Origin: Alphaproteobacteria bacterium | Lineage (GTDB): Bacteria; Pseudomonadota; Alphaproteobacteria; SP197 | Assembly (NCBI GenBank): GCA_965228895.1 | Contig: OZ245842.1 | Span: 1,408,001 to 1,472,000 of the forward strand | Length of the DNA stretch: 64,000 bases | Direction of reading: 5' to 3' | Shown here: in pieces, positions 60,923 to 64,000 of the stretch | How the letters are laid out: the number at the start of each line of letters is the position of its first letter | Position numbering within the stretch: position 1 is the first letter of the stretch | Made by a program: the position numbers and the translations under genes | Notes under the pieces: generated by a model | Databases searched by the model: none | What the model was told of the DNA's origin: nothing | The model's input: only the letters and a program-made list of their open reading frames with translations

Positions 60923-61030
60923 GACTTCGATCCTTTGCTCAACGTCACGTCAGGTCGGACGGGATCACGCACGCGTGACGCGTTCATGGTTTCGCTATAG
61001 TCTCTTAGACACTCTAGAGTGTGAACACCG

Positions 61031-61065
61031 CGACTTGCACTCAACGGTTTGCTGTCGCATAGAAT
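61031..61065 (+). promoter_or_regulatory. Sigma70-like promoter of SBP copy 1
   Basis: CTTGCAC-N17-CATAGA(AT); the block is repeated almost exactly at 62341-62375. Confidence 0.6.
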
Positions 61066-61120
61066 CGCTCAAAGACACCTGAAAATGGGTGTTTGCAATC
61101 CGCACATTGGGAGGCACAAC

Positions 61121-62092
61121 ATGGATCTCGTACGTAAGCTGTCGTCCGCCGTCGCTGCGGGCGCCCTGGTTTTGGGGATGGCACTCGGAGCCAACGCTCA
61201 GAGCGCACCGGAGACGGACGAGCCAGTCAAGCTGGCCATGAACGAGTGGACCGGTCAGCATGTCAGCACGGCTGTTGCCGGCGAAATGCTGAAGCGCATG
61301 GGCTATAACGTTGAATACGTCACCGCCGGTTATTATCCACAGATCAATGCCGTCGCCGACGGCGACATCCATGCCACGCTGGAGATATGGAGCTCGAATA
61401 TCGGCGAAGGCTGGGATGAGCACTTCGACTCCGGGACGGTCGAGGTTGTCTCTCTGTCCGGTCTTGAGCCTCAGGAAGCCTGGTATGTGCCGGCCTATGT
61501 GGTCGACATGTGTCCGGGTCTGCCGAGCTGGGAAGCTCTGAATGACTGTGCCGAGTTATTCGCGACGCCCGAGACGCTGCCTTCGGGCCGCTTCCTGGAT
61601 TATCCGGCGGAGTGGGGCGACAAGAACTCTCCGCGCATTGAAGCACTCGGTCTCGACTATGTAGCAATTCCGTCAGGTGGCGAGGGCGCCATCATCGCTG
61701 AGATCAAGTCCGCCGTTGAACGCCAAGCACCCCTGCTGACCATGTTTTGGGAGCCGCATTGGCTGCACGCTCAGATCGACATGCAGCGCGTCTATCTGCC
61801 GGAGTACTTCGAAGGCTGTGAGGACGATCCGGCGGGCGGCATGAACCCGGATGCGACGCACGATTGTGACTGGGCTGGCGCCGAGATATGGAAGGTGGCC
61901 AACCCGGGCCTCAAGGATTCTCATCCGGGTGCCTGGGCGATGATCGATGCCTACTCGATTACCAACGGCGAGCAGGCAGAGATGATGGCAGAGATCGATG
62001 ATAAGGGCCGAGACCTGATTGAGGTCGTCAACGAGTGGCTCGACAAAAACCCCGATAAGGTCAAGGAATGGATGGATCAGGCCACGATGTAA
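61121..62092 (+). CDS. Glycine betaine/choline/TMAO-type ABC substrate-binding protein, copy 1
   Basis: Signal peptide, NEWTGQ, LEIW, WYVP.YV..CPGLP.W, FWEPHW; GGGAGG SD. Confidence 0.9.
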   Translation: MDLVRKLSSAVAAGALVLGMALGANAQSAPETDEPVKLAMNEWTGQHVSTAVAGEMLKRMGYNVEYVTAGYYPQINAVADGDIHATLEIWSSNIGEGWDEHFDSGTVEVVSLSGLEPQEAWYVPAYVVDMCPGLPSWEALNDCAELFATPETLPSGRFLDYPAEWGDKNSPRIEALGLDYVAIPSGGEGAIIAEIKSAVERQAPLLTMFWEPHWLHAQIDMQRVYLPEYFEGCEDDPAGGMNPDATHDCDWAGAEIWKVANPGLKDSHPGAWAMIDAYSITNGEQAEMMAEIDDKGRDLIEVVNEWLDKNPDKVKEWMDQATM

Positions 62093-62118
62093 AGGCCTGA
62101 ACATTGAGGCTGATCCAG

Positions 62119-62147
62119 GAGGCCGGGCGGCAACGTCCGGCCTCTTT
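62119..62147 (+). terminator. Rho-independent terminator after SBP copy 1
   Basis: GAGGCCGGGCG-GCAA-CGTCCGGCCTC followed by TTT. Confidence 0.8.
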
Positions 62148-62340
62148 CGTTGTCGGCAGCCTTTGGCGCTTCAATCCAGCGAATTCCCCATTAACAGCCG
62201 CTGAGTCTGGCGGTGGCGCCATGCTCGCCCATGTCGTGGTGCCCTTCTCTTATGTGCGGAATACTGGTGCAGCTTACAGCAGCGCAGTGCCCGAGCAGGC
62301 CTTGGCATAACCCCTCAGACAGTGGTGCTTTGAAACAAGG

Positions 62341-62375
62341 CGACTTGCACTCTATGGCTTGCTGTCGCATAGAAT
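62341..62375 (+). promoter_or_regulatory. Sigma70-like promoter of SBP copy 2
   Basis: CGACTTGCACTCTATGGCTTGCTGTCGCATAGAAT, a near-duplicate of 61031-61065. Confidence 0.6.
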
Positions 62376-62430
62376 TGGCCAAGAGCATGCGAAATGGATG
62401 CTCACGATCCACATACTGGGAGGCAACAGC

Positions 62431-63402
62431 ATGGATCTCGTACAAAAACTCTCGTCGGCGGTCGCCGCGGGCGCTCTGGCTCTGGGCATGGCCGTGTCGG
62501 CGCAGGCGCAAAGCGTTCCGGAGTCCGACGAGCCGATCAAACTTGCCATGAACGAATGGACCGGTCAGCACGTCAGCACGACGGTCGCCGGCGAGGTCCT
62601 GAAGCGCATGGGCTACAACGTCGAATACGTGACCGCCGGCTACTACCCGCAGCTCACCGCGCTGGCCGATGGCGATCTTGATGCGACCCTGGAAATCTGG
62701 AGCTCGAACATCGGCGAAGGTTTCGATGCGGCGATGGAGACGGGCAACATCCAGGTGCTCGGCGAGTCCGGCTTGCGGCCCCAGGAAGCCTGGTATGTGC
62801 CGTCTTATGTCATCGACATGTGTCCGGGCCTGCCGAACTGGGAAGCGCTGAACGATTGCGTGGATTTGTTCTCCACTGCGGATACGGCGCCGTCGGGCCG
62901 CTTCCTGGACTATCCGGCCGACTGGGGTGACACCAATGCCCAGCGTATTGAAGCCCTTGAACTCGACTATGTCTCGATCCCGTCGGGTGGCGAAGGTGCG
63001 ATCATTGCCGAGATCAAGTCCGCCGTTGATCGAGAGGCACCGCTGCTGACCATGTTCTGGGAGCCCCACTGGCTGCACGCCCAGATCGATATGGAGCGTG
63101 TCTATCTGCCGGAGTACTACGACGGCTGCCATGACGATGCATCGCTCGGCCTGAACCCGAACGCGACGTATGACTGCGATTGGGGCGGCGCCGAAATCTG
63201 GAAGGTCGTGAACAAGGGCCTTGCAGAATCGCACCCGGGAGCCTGGAACCTGATCGAGGTCTATTCGATCGACAACGGCGAGCAGGCCGAGATGATGGCG
63301 GAAATCGACGACAAGGGTCGTGACCTCATTGAGGTCGTGAACGAGTGGCTCGACAACAACCCCGACAAGGTCAAGGCTTGGACAGATCAAGCTAGCATGT
63401 AA
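62431..63402 (+). CDS. Glycine betaine/choline/TMAO-type ABC substrate-binding protein, copy 2
   Basis: Same length and motifs as copy 1, with long identical peptide stretches; GGGAGG SD. Confidence 0.9.
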   Translation: MDLVQKLSSAVAAGALALGMAVSAQAQSVPESDEPIKLAMNEWTGQHVSTTVAGEVLKRMGYNVEYVTAGYYPQLTALADGDLDATLEIWSSNIGEGFDAAMETGNIQVLGESGLRPQEAWYVPSYVIDMCPGLPNWEALNDCVDLFSTADTAPSGRFLDYPADWGDTNAQRIEALELDYVSIPSGGEGAIIAEIKSAVDREAPLLTMFWEPHWLHAQIDMERVYLPEYYDGCHDDASLGLNPNATYDCDWGGAEIWKVVNKGLAESHPGAWNLIEVYSIDNGEQAEMMAEIDDKGRDLIEVVNEWLDNNPDKVKAWTDQASM

Positions 63403-63422
63403 TCGCCTGTATGATCAGGATG

Positions 63423-63463
63423 ATGAGAGAGGCCGGGCGGCAACGTCCGGCCTCTTCATTTTT
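63423..63463 (+). terminator. Rho-independent terminator after SBP copy 2 (possibly bidirectional)
   Basis: Hairpin core 63429-63454 identical to 62119-62144, then TTCATTTTT; lies between convergent genes. Confidence 0.8.
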
Positions 63464-63474
63464 CGCGCATGCCT

Positions 63475-64000
63475 CTAGCCGACGACGTCGCCGACCAATT
63501 GATTAACCTCGGAGGTCTTTTCCATCATCGGCATATGGCCGGCACCGTCGAGCACCGTCACCGTGGCGCCCGCCAGATTGTTGGCATGGGATACCGGAAT
63601 GATCCGGTCGTCGGCACCCCAGATCACGTGTTTCGGCAGGTCCAGACCGCCTGCCTGTCCGCTGAGGTCGACGGTCTGGCGATTACCGTCGAACTGTGCT
63701 GCTGCGATCGTTGAGAGGGCGGCATTGACGCCGTCGATACGTTTGGCGCGCAGCACGTCTTCCACAATCTGTCGGGTGACCAAGGATTGGTCAGCGAACA
63801 ACTGCGCGACCATGGGTTTCATGTCCTTGCGCCGCTCGGCAGCGATATAGCCGGCGATGTAGCCGCCATTGATCTCAGGCCCCAGGCCGGCCGGCGCGAT
63901 CAAGGTCAGGGAGGCCATTCTCTCGGCCTGATCCAGCGCGGCCTGCATGGCGACGGCGCCACCCATGGAGTGACCGACCAGGTGAACGCGCTCAAGACCG
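63475..64000 (-). CDS. Alpha/beta hydrolase domain, probably the C-terminus of the acetoin dehydrogenase E2 component (AcoC-like); partial
   Basis: VHLVGHSMGG nucleophile elbow, LIAPAGLGPEING, KRIDG, WGADDRIIP, AGHMPMME; the frame runs off the window end. Confidence 0.75.
   Translation of the reverse strand, partial: GLERVHLVGHSMGGAVAMQAALDQAERMASLTLIAPAGLGPEINGGYIAGYIAAERRKDMKPMVAQLFADQSLVTRQIVEDVLRAKRIDGVNAALSTIAAAQFDGNRQTVDLSGQAGGLDLPKHVIWGADDRIIPVSHANNLAGATVTVLDGAGHMPMMEKTSEVNQLVGDVVG

Overview
A high-GC, gene-dense bacterial window, probably from an alphaproteobacterium judging by gene content. It is almost entirely accessory catabolism of nitrogen compounds. From start to end it carries: a nicotinate-type cluster (Mo-hydroxylase, 6-hydroxynicotinate reductase, UPF0280/ApbE-like), amn, a PhyH-GcvT-SDR-racemase run, an unusual KARI-like + hydantoinase/oxoprolinase A/B + LeuB-like operon, a gamma-butyrobetaine dioxygenase-like gene, a TetR-controlled unit, an atypical ureohydrolase, a fused CydDC-like ABC exporter, a MATE pump, a second hydantoinase A/B pair, an SDR-MaoC-MaoC-DUF35-thiolase module, tandem histamine/trimethylamine dehydrogenase-like flavoproteins, a GntR-controlled amidase/SBP/M24/nitrilase unit, tandem atypical enolase-superfamily genes, a CaiD-like gene and duplicated betaine-type SBP transcription units. 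The best hidden signal is a gene the ORF track splits in two: a deiodinase-like thioredoxin-fold selenoprotein (43247-43957). It has an in-frame UGA in FGSYS-U-AYC, followed by a bacterial SECIS-like hairpin, and overlaps a secreted metallophosphoesterase gene. A possible translation-controlling structured RNA leader lies at 145-266. I recognised no rRNA, tRNA, CRISPR array or transposase. All assignments come from motif recognition by eye; no database search or folding program was run.
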